Shown here one piece after another: positions 52,018 to 61,364 of a DNA stretch of 64,000 nt. The translations under genes were made by a program, and so were the position numbers. The notes beneath the pieces are model-generated. The model was not told where the DNA came from. It saw nothing but the letters and a program-made list of their open reading frames with translations, and made no database searches. Source of the stretch: an uncultured Candidatus Saccharibacteria bacterium (lineage in GTDB: Bacteria > Patescibacteriota > Minisyncoccia > Sungbacterales > HO2-52-23); the NCBI GenBank assembly GCA_964361495.1, contig CAYIAH010000001.1:1057-65056 (forward strand). The letters are read 5' to 3'. The first letter of the stretch is position 1. Every line of letters begins with the position of its first letter.

Positions 52018-52812
52018 ATGGTCTCTCCAAAAAGAGCATCCGCAAAAGTCGTTGACATACGAGGCGGGGGCAGCGACGATTTTCCTGACGATCTGAAAAT
52101 ATTTTTTCTCGAGCCGTCAGTGCCGTTTCCCTTTGCGCCCGGCCAGTACTGTACAATCGGCCTTGAGGGCATAGAACGCCCCTACTCCATTGTCTCCGCG
52201 CCTCACGAGCCGTATCTTGAGCTTTTCATTGAGCTCATCCCCAAAGAGTTCCGCATCGGGAAAGTGCTCACCCCTCTTCTCTGGCAGCTTCAAACAGGGG
52301 ATTGCGTGACGCTGCGCCCAAAAGCAAAAGGAACCTTTACGCTTGCTCCTGAATACGATACACAGGTTTTCGGCAGCACGGTTGCGGGAATTGCGCCGAC
52401 CGTAAGCATGATCCGCGCTCGACGCGCGGGATATTATCAGCGCGATTGGCCGCGACGATGGTTTATTTTTCACGGAGCGAGCTACTGCGATGAATTCGGG
52501 GGGTATGCTCCTGAATTACTCCGGTATCAATCCGAAGGCCTCATCATCTATCGCCCAACCGTAAGCAGGCCCGCCGAAGAAAGAAATAAAGAATGGCGGG
52601 GGCTCACCGGCAGAGTCAACAATATAATGATAGATGAACTGAGACACTGGGGGATCATGCCTGACGGAAAAACAGTGTGTTATCTATGCGGCAACGAGGG
52701 CATGATCAGGAATCTCGGCAATAAAAAGATCACACCGGCATACCCGTCGCTCGGAAAATTGCTTCTTTTCGGTTTTGATGTAAAAGACATTAAAGAAGAG
52801 ATGTTTTTCTAA
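52018..52812 (+). CDS. Ferredoxin-NADP reductase-family flavoprotein
   Basis: F.PGQY, RPYSIVS, GIAP, YLCGN.GMI, terminal EEMFF. Confidence 0.88.
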   Translation: MVSPKRASAKVVDIRGGGSDDFPDDLKIFFLEPSVPFPFAPGQYCTIGLEGIERPYSIVSAPHEPYLELFIELIPKEFRIGKVLTPLLWQLQTGDCVTLRPKAKGTFTLAPEYDTQVFGSTVAGIAPTVSMIRARRAGYYQRDWPRRWFIFHGASYCDEFGGYAPELLRYQSEGLIIYRPTVSRPAEERNKEWRGLTGRVNNIMIDELRHWGIMPDGKTVCYLCGNEGMIRNLGNKKITPAYPSLGKLLLFGFDVKDIKEEMFF

Positions 52813-52825
52813 CATCTCATTCATT

Positions 52826-52855
52826 GAAGGGGACTGTGGATAACCCCTTCTTTTT
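52826..52855 (+). terminator. Intrinsic terminator with a consensus DnaA box in its loop
   Basis: GAAGGGG/CCCCTTC then T5; TGTGGATAA at 52835-52843. Confidence 0.65.
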
Positions 52856-52867
52856 ATTAGCGACGAC

Positions 52868-52895
52868 ACTTCGTATAATGTACGTAAAGCGAAGT
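52868..52895. other. dif-like tyrosine recombinase site (11-6-11)
   Basis: ACTTCGTATAA-TGTACG-TAAAGCGAAGT, imperfect inverted arms, 6 bp upstream of the recombinase ATG. Confidence 0.7.
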
Positions 52896-52901
52896 CATCC
52901 T

Positions 52902-53855
52902 ATGACAAAATCAATCCCCTCTTTTTATACTGATTTTTTGACCTACTGCGAGGTCGAGAAAGGACTCGCACATAACACGGTAAAAAATTATGCGCGGTTT
53001 CTCAAAAAATTTTCTCTGTGGCTTGAACGTCGCGGCGAATCCGCTCTTCTCCCGCAGGAACTGACCGAACAACATATCTGGGATTATCGGATTTGGCTCG
53101 CGCGCGCGCGCCGTCTCGTCGGCACGCTTCCTTCTTCTCTGGGACTCTCCACAACGACCCAGGCGCGTTACCTCATCGCGCTCCGGTCACTTCTTGCCTA
53201 TTTCCATGAGAAAAACATCCCTTCCCTGCCGACGGAGAAAATCAAACTTCCGAAAGAACGCAGGGAGCGCTCCGTGAAATTCCTTGACATTGACGGAATA
53301 AAAAAGTTACTCGCCGCTCCCGACCCTCGCACAATCACTGGCACGCGCAATCAGGCAATTCTTGAAATTCTCTTCAGCACGGGATTGCGGGTTGCGGAAC
53401 TCGTCGCTCTCGACCGCACTCAGTTCGAAGGCACCCTGCATAAAAAAGATTATGAACTAAGCATTACCGGCAAAGGCAATTATCCGCGCGTCGTATATTT
53501 TTCAGAACGCGCACTCGGCGCGATCAAACATTATCTTCACGGACGCACGGATGACGACAAGGCGCTGTTTATCCGAACGGCAGGCCCCGCAGGAGCTCCT
53601 CTGCGTCTTACGACGCGCGCGATTGAACATATCGTTCGGCACTACGCTCAAAAAGCCGGTCTGCCGTTTCTTGCGACTCCGCATACGCTTCGCCACAGCT
53701 TCGCCACGGATCTCTTAACGCAAGGTGTTGACCTGCGCGCCGTGCAGGAATTTCTTGGCCATCGCAGTATTGCGACGACGCAAGTGTATACCCATATCAC
53801 CTCCAAGAGACTGCGCGATATACATCGCGCATTCCACAGCGGAAAAAACTTATAA
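52902..53855 (+). CDS. XerC/XerD-family tyrosine recombinase
   Basis: SAM-like N-domain (EKGLAHNTVKNY), GLRVAEL, GKG, PHTLRHSFAT, LGH..IATTQVYT. Confidence 0.95.
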   Translation: MTKSIPSFYTDFLTYCEVEKGLAHNTVKNYARFLKKFSLWLERRGESALLPQELTEQHIWDYRIWLARARRLVGTLPSSLGLSTTTQARYLIALRSLLAYFHEKNIPSLPTEKIKLPKERRERSVKFLDIDGIKKLLAAPDPRTITGTRNQAILEILFSTGLRVAELVALDRTQFEGTLHKKDYELSITGKGNYPRVVYFSERALGAIKHYLHGRTDDDKALFIRTAGPAGAPLRLTTRAIEHIVRHYAQKAGLPFLATPHTLRHSFATDLLTQGVDLRAVQEFLGHRSIATTQVYTHITSKRLRDIHRAFHSGKNL

Positions 53856-54263
53856 TACGGTAAGCACGAGATATCCTACTCCAATAAAAAAACTGCCCAC
53901 GGCAAATTTTGTCGTAATCGCTTCCCCCAAAAAAAGCACCGCGAGAAGCGTCGCGAAAAACGGATATGCGAGGACGAGAAGCGCTGCATGCGAAAGGGGA
54001 ATTTTCGAGAGACCATACGTGTTGAGCGCCCCGCCGATGACGAGTGAAAGGACGCTCACGAGAATCGCCCACAGAAGTTCATGCGAAGAAATCTTTATTT
54101 CCTTTGAGAAATACAAAAAAAGCGGAATCATCGCGATGGTGCCGAGAAGCGCCACGACGGCGTTCGCAAGAAAAGGATTTGTCGCCTGCGCGAGTTTTTT
54201 CAAGAAAAGCGCGCCTGCCGCAAAAAAGAACTGTGCAATGAGAATCGCAATATCTCCATTCAT
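53850..54263 (-). CDS. EamA/DMT-family single-repeat membrane transporter
   Basis: Five hydrophobic helices, P....LLAVLFLGE. Confidence 0.8.
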   Translation of the reverse strand: MNGDIAILIAQFFFAAGALFLKKLAQATNPFLANAVVALLGTIAMIPLFLYFSKEIKISSHELLWAILVSVLSLVIGGALNTYGLSKIPLSHAALLVLAYPFFATLLAVLFLGEAITTKFAVGSFFIGVGYLVLTVL

Positions 54264-54290
54264 ACGAACAATATGCTTAATGGTAATTAT

Positions 54291-55565
54291 TTAGAGATAC
54301 ACGAGCGGATTGAGCGAACCGCCAAATGGAAGGAGGCCGCATGTGCCGATCTTCCCGAGCCGGATCTCAACAGTCCGCGCATCGTACAGCGTAAAATGAA
54401 GATGCGGCCCTGTGGACAAACCCGAGCTCCCGACATAGCCGATCAATGCTCCCCTCTCCAGTTTCTCGCCGGGACTCACACGGATAAGCGACAAATGCGC
54501 ATACATCGTCGTGAGGTTATTCCCGTGATCAACAACGATATATTTTCCATACGCTCCGCGAGGGCAGAACTGATCAGTATTTCCCGTCGCGCGCACGACT
54601 CCTTCGTCCGCCGCACGCACAGACGCACCCATGGATGCCGAGAGATCAATCCCGTTGTGAAATTTGTAGAAATGCCGCCCCCTGCGCGATTTGGTGAACG
54701 GCGTCTCTCCGTATCCCTGACTTAACTTTCCATCAGCGGGCCAGAGTAAAATTCCTTTGCGCGGCGTCGGGAGCGAGGACGGATCAACGAGTTTTCTGAG
54801 CTCTTCTTCCAACTCCTCCATCTCGCGTAAAATTGCTTCCTGCTTTTGTTCTGTAACCCGCAGAAGCTCCTGATAGAGCGCCTCCTGATTTTTCGTCATG
54901 CGAAGAAGCTCTGCCTGCTCGCGCTTCATTGCGTCCTGAATCTTTGCGCGGTCGCGCAGCGACACTCCAAGCTCTCTCAGCTCTTCATTTTTATCTTCGG
55001 CATGGGCTTTTTTTATCTCCAGCTCGTCGCGAAGCGCGCGGAGACGCTCAAGCGATCCGAGCGCGCGTTCCTTCAAAAGCGTCAGATACTCCACGTGGCG
55101 GAGGAATTCAGAAAAACCTTGACGCCGCATCAATAATTCGAGGGCGGAACGCCGATCATATTCAAAAAACACCCGCAGGGCCGAAGAAAGTCCCTGCTCC
55201 AGCGTCGCCATTGAGCTCTTCTTCTCTTGAATGCCAAGTGTTAACTCATCCAGCTCGAGTTCGGTTTTCTCTATGCGTTTTTCAGTGAGCTTTACATCGC
55301 GCTTGAGCTCTGTGATCGTGCGTCCGATTCTCGCGACTTCGCTTTTCAGCGTTTTTCCCTTCTCCTGTTTTGCCGCAATCTCATCGCGATACTCGCGCAC
55401 CTCTTCCTCAAGTTTTTTAATCTCGCTATTCTTTTCTTCAATATCGCGCCTCAAGTCGTCAACCGCCGCGCCGAGGACATATGAAAAAGGGTTCAAAAAA
55501 AACAGAGCGCCGCAGGCGAGTGCGAATATAAGAAAAAGGCCATGGCGAGTAACATAACGCCTCAC
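54291..55565 (-). CDS. Coiled-coil M23 peptidase (EnvC-like architecture)
   Basis: Signal, long coiled coil, HNGID, YAHL, TGPHLHF. Confidence 0.92.
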   Translation of the reverse strand: MRRYVTRHGLFLIFALACGALFFLNPFSYVLGAAVDDLRRDIEEKNSEIKKLEEEVREYRDEIAAKQEKGKTLKSEVARIGRTITELKRDVKLTEKRIEKTELELDELTLGIQEKKSSMATLEQGLSSALRVFFEYDRRSALELLMRRQGFSEFLRHVEYLTLLKERALGSLERLRALRDELEIKKAHAEDKNEELRELGVSLRDRAKIQDAMKREQAELLRMTKNQEALYQELLRVTEQKQEAILREMEELEEELRKLVDPSSLPTPRKGILLWPADGKLSQGYGETPFTKSRRGRHFYKFHNGIDLSASMGASVRAADEGVVRATGNTDQFCPRGAYGKYIVVDHGNNLTTMYAHLSLIRVSPGEKLERGALIGYVGSSGLSTGPHLHFTLYDARTVEIRLGKIGTCGLLPFGGSLNPLVYL

Positions 55566-55584
55566 GTCTCCATCATACCAATAT

Positions 55585-57006
55585 TTAAGATTCGATGCCT
55601 AATTTTCTCTTCGCAGCGCTGATGCGTTCAAGCGACGATTCTTTGCCTAAAATTTCCATGATCTCAAAAGGCCCCGGTGATGCTTTCTTGCCGGTAAGCG
55701 CAACGCGGAGCGGCCATAAGAACCAACCTCTATCTTCTCCTTCCATCGTTTCGAAAAATATTTTTTGCAGCTCCCCTTTTTTGAAAGCTGAAAATTGAAA
55801 ACTGAAAATTATTTTTTCTGCCCTCTCAAGCGCTTCTTGAATCTGGGCATCACTCATGTCTTTCCATCTCAGCAATTCCTTTTCGTAGCGGGGCGGGCGA
55901 AAAAAATAGTCCGTTCGCTCCCCTATTTCAGAAAGTTTTTTTAGCCGCGGCTGTTCGAGCGCGACCACTTTTTCAACATATTCGTCGGATACTTTAGCAA
56001 AATCGAGATGTGATCTCGCCAAAAACGCAAGTTCCGAAGGCGATTTTTTTCTGATATACTCCCCGTTCATCCAATCAAGCTTTTTAATGTCAAACACGGC
56101 GCCTGATTTCTGGACGCGCTCAAGTGAAAATTCTTTCGCGAGCTCCTCTTTTGAAAAAATCTCCTCCGTACCTCCCGGATTCCAGCCAAGAAGCGCCATG
56201 AAGTTAAAAAGCGCCTCCGGCAAATAGCCCTGCGCACGATATTCCGCGACTGAAGTTGCTCCATGACGCTTTGAGAGTTTGGAGCGATCCGAACCAAGAA
56301 TCAACGGCAGATGCGCATACTGCGGCACCGGAAATCCGAGCGCCTCAATGAGCAACAACTGTTTCGGAGTATTGGAAATGTGGTCCTCCCCTCGGATGAC
56401 GTGAGAAATTTCCATGGTACAATCATCAACCACGACGGCAAAATTATAGAGCGGGACATCAACTCTCTTGGCAATAGAAAAATCGCCCACAAGATCAGAT
56501 TCAAATGACAAATCGCCACGAATTGCGTCATGCCATGTAATCTTTTTTCCTGCCGGCGTTTTAAATCTCACAATAGAGTCACTTTTTCCATCTTTCGGCG
56601 CAGTCCTGCCGCCGGCGCCCATTGTCCGATATTCGCATAAATGAAGGACCGGCTTTTTCCCCTCCATGAGCTTCTGCTTTTCCTCTTCTAATTCCCGCAC
56701 TGAATGAAAACAATAAAATGCCTTGTCTTCGGCAAGAAGTTTCTCGATATATTTTCTATAGATTTCAATTCTTTCCGATTGCCGGTAGGGCCCCTCATCC
56801 CATGCAATGCCAAGCCACGAAAGCCCCTCGAGAATATCTTCTTCATACTTCGCGTCGGAGCGCTCAAGATCAGTATCCTCAATGCGCATAATAAACTGCC
56901 CGCCGTATCGGCGCGAAAAAAGATAGTTAAAAAGCGCGGTACGCGCAGTACCGATGTGAAGCGGACCCGTCGGACTTGGCGCAATGCGCACACGGATACC
57001 TGTCAT
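55585..57006 (-). CDS. gltX: Glutamate-tRNA ligase
   Basis: APSPTG.LHIG, RGEDH, KLSKR. Confidence 0.97.
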   Translation of the reverse strand: MTGIRVRIAPSPTGPLHIGTARTALFNYLFSRRYGGQFIMRIEDTDLERSDAKYEEDILEGLSWLGIAWDEGPYRQSERIEIYRKYIEKLLAEDKAFYCFHSVRELEEEKQKLMEGKKPVLHLCEYRTMGAGGRTAPKDGKSDSIVRFKTPAGKKITWHDAIRGDLSFESDLVGDFSIAKRVDVPLYNFAVVVDDCTMEISHVIRGEDHISNTPKQLLLIEALGFPVPQYAHLPLILGSDRSKLSKRHGATSVAEYRAQGYLPEALFNFMALLGWNPGGTEEIFSKEELAKEFSLERVQKSGAVFDIKKLDWMNGEYIRKKSPSELAFLARSHLDFAKVSDEYVEKVVALEQPRLKKLSEIGERTDYFFRPPRYEKELLRWKDMSDAQIQEALERAEKIIFSFQFSAFKKGELQKIFFETMEGEDRGWFLWPLRVALTGKKASPGPFEIMEILGKESSLERISAAKRKLGIES

Positions 57007-57008
57007 GA

Positions 57009-58127
57009 TTAATGGAGACCTATTTTCAAAATTTCCCTCGCGATTAATTCTGCTGCGTCAATGCGCGCAAATTGTTTTGCCGCCGTCCCCATTTTTTCAA
57101 GGCTAGCTTCATCATTGAGTACTTTTTTAATTTCGGCATACAAAAGATGCGGCGTAAGATTTTCTTCCTCAAGAACATGTGCGGCGCCTACGGCGGCATA
57201 TTCATACGCGTTTTGCCGCTGGTGATCTTGCGCCGCGTGTGCAAGCGGCACGAGAATCGAAGGCTTCCCCCACGCGGCAATCTCATAAATAGCGGAGCCC
57301 CCCGCACGAGAAATAATGACGCGGGATGTCCTATAAAAATCGCGCAGGCTGTCGGGATCCAAAAAACCAAAAGGATGATAACGCTCTTTATGCGCAAACT
57401 CAACGATCACGCTCGCTTCCTGTCTCACATCCGCAAATTGAACCGGACCGGTTTGATGCAGCACTTCAAATTCATCTGTCAGCTCTTTAAGGACGCCGAG
57501 AATCGCCGCATTCAATTTCTGCGCGCCCTGCGAGCCGCCGATGAACCCAACTACCGGAAGATCGGAAAATACGTCAAGCCGTTCGCGCGCCTCCCGTTCC
57601 TCTCCTCCGAATATCCACTTTCTTATGGGCACCCCGACGAGTGCGGTTTTCTCTTTCGGGAAAAAGGGAGCGGCGTTCTTAAACGCAATGCCGATCCGCC
57701 GCGCGAACCGCGCCGCGAATAGATTAACTTTTCCGGGCACCGCATCGGACTCATGAATCACGAGCGGAATCCGAAGAATGATTGCCGCAATCACCGCAGG
57801 AAGCGCGCCGTACCCGCCTTTGGAAAAAACAACATCCGGCATGATCAAATACATATTCCACAATGCCGAGATGCTGCCCGCGGCAAGACGCGCGAGATCA
57901 ACCACATTGAGCAGCGACCAATACCGGCGCCATTTACCGCTCATCACCCGTATCGGCACCACGCCCTCGTCGCGAAGGACACTCTCATCGGAAATGGAGG
58001 GACTCATTAAAAACAACTGCATATCAACAATCCGCTCTTCTTCCGCAATATGCTTTACCTCCCGAATGAGCGCAAGGATCGGATAGAAATGACCGCCGGT
58101 TCCGCCGCCGGCAAAAACAATACGCAT
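57009..58127 (-). CDS. murG: Lipid II N-acetylglucosaminyl transferase
   Basis: GGGTGGH, KGGYG, HESD, GGSQGA, HQRQNA; start placed at MRIVF. Confidence 0.95.
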   Translation of the reverse strand: MRIVFAGGGTGGHFYPILALIREVKHIAEEERIVDMQLFLMSPSISDESVLRDEGVVPIRVMSGKWRRYWSLLNVVDLARLAAGSISALWNMYLIMPDVVFSKGGYGALPAVIAAIILRIPLVIHESDAVPGKVNLFAARFARRIGIAFKNAAPFFPKEKTALVGVPIRKWIFGGEEREARERLDVFSDLPVVGFIGGSQGAQKLNAAILGVLKELTDEFEVLHQTGPVQFADVRQEASVIVEFAHKERYHPFGFLDPDSLRDFYRTSRVIISRAGGSAIYEIAAWGKPSILVPLAHAAQDHQRQNAYEYAAVGAAHVLEEENLTPHLLYAEIKKVLNDEASLEKMGTAAKQFARIDAAELIAREILKIGLH

Positions 58128-58154
58128 ACATTTATTATAAACTCGCGAGACGCG

Positions 58155-58211
58155 AGAACCCATCTCAAAATTCCATTTCGCCTCCGATACGCGATTTTTG
58201 AGATGGGTTCT
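58155..58211. mobile_element. MITE-like element, copy C with perfect 16-bp TIRs
   Basis: AGAACCCATCTCAAAA...TTTTGAGATGGGTTCT; its end overlaps the TAG stop of the adjacent gene. Confidence 0.85.
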
Positions 58212-60462
58212 ACTCTCTTTCGAGCATTTTAATAAATTGATCTCCTTCTTGTTTGAAGGCGGGGTCAAGACGCCCGGCTTCAGCGGCCTCTGCCCGCGCC
58301 TCTTTCGTCCTTCCGAAATGCGCAAGATGCGCCGCGTAAATCGCGCGATATTGCGGGTTTTTCGGACTCATCTTGACGAGCAGCTCAAAATATTTAATTG
58401 AGGACGCATAGTCCTTGGCGCGCTGGTATGCAGTCGCAATCTTTGCAAGATCCGCCTCGTCAAGATCGGTGACGGGGATATACTTTTGTATCTCTTCAAT
58501 AATCTCCGGTTTTTTCGCGAACGCCGCAACAGTCCAAAGCCCTGCGGCAGCGAGCTTATAACGCGGTTCAACCCGCCATGCTTTCTCAAGCGCCTGAACC
58601 GCGCGATCAGTATTGCCGAGCATCAAATAATGCTGCGCCAACTCAAAATAAATAAGCTGTTTCCGGGGGCTGAGACGCGCCGCCTCAAGAAGCATTTTCT
58701 CCGCATCCGGCGCATATTTCGTATCAAGCGTCAACGCCTGATTATACAAAGAACCGAGAAGAAGGAGATGTTTGACGTCTCGCGCCGGTCGTTCAATTTC
58801 TTTTAGAATTTCGGGGGTCGCAAATTCCACGAACCGTGCGCGCTCTTCGGGCGTGTACTTTGTATCACTCGCTATTTGGCGCGTCACGTTCCCAAGCTGT
58901 TCATGCGCTTCAGTATCGCCAAAACTTCGATACGATAAGGTCTCTTCAAATGCGGCCCTCAAGTCCGGAAGCGATCTTTGAAATTGATAAAAATTAAGTG
59001 TTTTGATAAGTGACCGCGCTTCACGGATCGGTTTGAGATGAAGCCAATATCCTCCGACTGCGACTGCCGCCACGAGCGCAACGCTCACCGCATACGCTTG
59101 CATGGAAACATCAAAAGAACGCCCTCCGGACTTCACTTCATCATGACGCGCTGCCTCGCGAGAATCCTCCATAAGAAAACTTCCGTAGGCGAGCACTGCA
59201 AAAAAGAGAAGATAGGTATTCAGATTGTCAAATACAAAAAGATTCTGAAGGAAATATGTTGCGGTAAGTCCAAGAAACATGAATCCCTCAAAAAGGAGCG
59301 CGCCTCGGCGCCGTATGTGCCGGATAATCTGCCAGCAAAAAATTCCGAATATCGCAAGATAACTGAGAATCCCCGGAATTCCCGCATGAATAAACCAGTC
59401 GAGGAACACATTGTGCGAGCGGTCAAACCATGGCTCCGCGCCATAGAGTTTCGGATGAAAGTATTTTTGAAAAACAAGATAATAATTTTCCTGCCCCCAG
59501 CCGAAGACCGGCCGCTCCAAGCCCCCCCGAAGCGACATGCCCCAAATTTTGAAACGATCCTGAATCGTGCCCTCGCTCAGTGAATAGTTCGTGAGCCGGC
59601 GGAGCGCCTGGCTTGACTGCACAAAATCGCTTTTACGCGCAATCCAAAAGATCAACGGTATCACCACGACCGCCGCAAGCATCCCTGCGGCATATTTTCT
59701 TCCCATGCCCCAAGGGGCCTTGCGATCCTTTCCGTGCGCCCGATCCCAAAAGAAGAGCAACGCGCCGACGCATAACGGAACTACCGCAACAAGCGCCACC
59801 ACAACTCCGCGCGTTGCCGTAAAGTAAATAATCAGGGATTCAAAAACAAGAAGCGCCGCATACAGCGATACACGCCACCATTTCTTCCAAAACTGATACA
59901 TCATTATCACCAACAACCACACATGAAAAAGAAGATACGCCGCCAAGTATGTCGGATTGCCGATTGTTGAATCCACCCTGAATCCTCCCTGCAATGAAAC
60001 CCGATAGCCCAATTTCTGAAGAAGCGCGAAATACGAGACAACCGCGCTCGCCGCAAACGACACATGAAGAAACGTGAGCCAGTCGCGCCTCGTCTTGAAC
60101 ACGCTCGTGAGCATCAGAAAATAAAGATAGAGATGCGAGAGCATCATGAATCCTTCCATCCGCTCATAATTTGAGAAGAAGGAGCGATACGGATTCGAAC
60201 TCACGAGGTCCGCGAAAAAAACAATCCCCACAAAAATTGAGACCGCTTTGAGAAGCGGCGTGAACTTCGGCCGATACTCGCGCCTCGCGATCGCAAGTCC
60301 GACCCACAACGCAAAAATAACCTCAACAAGAATCCGGAATGTAAAATTCTTCCCGGTAATAAAGGGGAAGAGCATGGTATTCGCAACGTACAGCGGCAAA
60401 ATCGGAATCACCCAAAGCCCGATTTTGATGATCCAGAGAAATATTTTCTCTAAAAACGACAT
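58210..60462 (-). CDS. O-antigen ligase-family polytopic membrane protein with C-terminal TPRs
   Basis: GNP.YLA, TRG, R..IW, GWGQEN, DRSHN, TPR-like helices. Confidence 0.88.
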   Translation of the reverse strand: MSFLEKIFLWIIKIGLWVIPILPLYVANTMLFPFITGKNFTFRILVEVIFALWVGLAIARREYRPKFTPLLKAVSIFVGIVFFADLVSSNPYRSFFSNYERMEGFMMLSHLYLYFLMLTSVFKTRRDWLTFLHVSFAASAVVSYFALLQKLGYRVSLQGGFRVDSTIGNPTYLAAYLLFHVWLLVIMMYQFWKKWWRVSLYAALLVFESLIIYFTATRGVVVALVAVVPLCVGALLFFWDRAHGKDRKAPWGMGRKYAAGMLAAVVVIPLIFWIARKSDFVQSSQALRRLTNYSLSEGTIQDRFKIWGMSLRGGLERPVFGWGQENYYLVFQKYFHPKLYGAEPWFDRSHNVFLDWFIHAGIPGILSYLAIFGIFCWQIIRHIRRRGALLFEGFMFLGLTATYFLQNLFVFDNLNTYLLFFAVLAYGSFLMEDSREAARHDEVKSGGRSFDVSMQAYAVSVALVAAVAVGGYWLHLKPIREARSLIKTLNFYQFQRSLPDLRAAFEETLSYRSFGDTEAHEQLGNVTRQIASDTKYTPEERARFVEFATPEILKEIERPARDVKHLLLLGSLYNQALTLDTKYAPDAEKMLLEAARLSPRKQLIYFELAQHYLMLGNTDRAVQALEKAWRVEPRYKLAAAGLWTVAAFAKKPEIIEEIQKYIPVTDLDEADLAKIATAYQRAKDYASSIKYFELLVKMSPKNPQYRAIYAAHLAHFGRTKEARAEAAEAGRLDPAFKQEGDQFIKMLERE

Positions 60463-60494
60463 ATCGCTATGCTACTATAAAAATACATATGCGG

Positions 60495-61364
60495 TCAATG
60501 CGAGGCGATCGCGAGACGTCGGCCAATTCTTTTGACGAGTCCCTCTTTTTGGAGTTCGGCCACAAGAGAAATAATACGCCCCTCAACCATTTTTAAAGAT
60601 TCACCTCTATCGTGTCTGCCATGGGACCAATCTTGCATAAGCTTGCGGGCGAGCTCACTTTCAGACCGCGATGAGGTGATGAGCTTCCGGATAATCATTC
60701 CCCGCAGTTCGCGGCGAGATCCGCGAAAACGGCTCTGTGTGCGATACCCCGCGCTTCTGTGCGATAGGTTTGGATATTTTTTCTTGAGCATTGCGCCGTA
60801 GTCCATAAGCGCCCAATACCACCTGCGGGGATTGTACCGATCGAGGGTTTGCGCAATGAAGGGAAGAATCTCGTCGTCGCGGACGTGCTTTTTTCTTTTG
60901 AAAAAGAACCGGATGAACACCGCCCTGATGTTGGTTTCGATAAATACCGCAGGCGCGTTAAATGCAAATGCCGCAACTGCAGAAGCCGTTGCCGGACCGA
61001 TGCCGGGAAGCGTGCCGAGCGTCTCGATTGAAGAAGGAAGGTCGCCGTTCCATTCTTTGATTACCTTTTCTGCCGCGCGCTTGAGCGCGAGGGCGCGGCG
61101 GTTGTAACCGAGCCCCTGCCAAGCGAAAAGAATTTTTCGCAAAGACGCGGCCGCGAGCGCGCGCCAGTCGGGAAACATCCGCAGAAAAAGACCATATTTT
61201 TTGAGCACGCGATCCGTCTGCGTCTGCTGAAGCATGACTTCTGATATAAAAATTTTGTACGAATCGCGGGTTCTCCGCCACGGAAAATCGCGGCCGGAGC
61301 GTTCAAAATAACGCACAATTTCGCGCCGAAACGACTGTACGGTCCGCGGAGCGAGCGCTTTCAT
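60495..61364 (-). CDS. mutY: HhH-GPD A/G-specific adenine glycosylase (MutY-like, short)
   Basis: SEVMLQQTQ, WQGLGYNRRA, LPGIGPATA, ALMDYGA. Confidence 0.85.
   Translation of the reverse strand: MKALAPRTVQSFRREIVRYFERSGRDFPWRRTRDSYKIFISEVMLQQTQTDRVLKKYGLFLRMFPDWRALAAASLRKILFAWQGLGYNRRALALKRAAEKVIKEWNGDLPSSIETLGTLPGIGPATASAVAAFAFNAPAVFIETNIRAVFIRFFFKRKKHVRDDEILPFIAQTLDRYNPRRWYWALMDYGAMLKKKYPNLSHRSAGYRTQSRFRGSRRELRGMIIRKLITSSRSESELARKLMQDWSHGRHDRGESLKMVEGRIISLVAELQKEGLVKRIGRRLAIASH

Noticed and set aside
52865-52898. loxP similarity as cloning-vector contamination
   Set aside because: Nine mismatches, no vector sequence around it, and a native position before a chromosomal recombinase.
52902-53855. 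Recombinase as a prophage or island integrase
   Set aside because: XerC/D-like length and motifs; no phage genes, tRNA target or att duplication seen.
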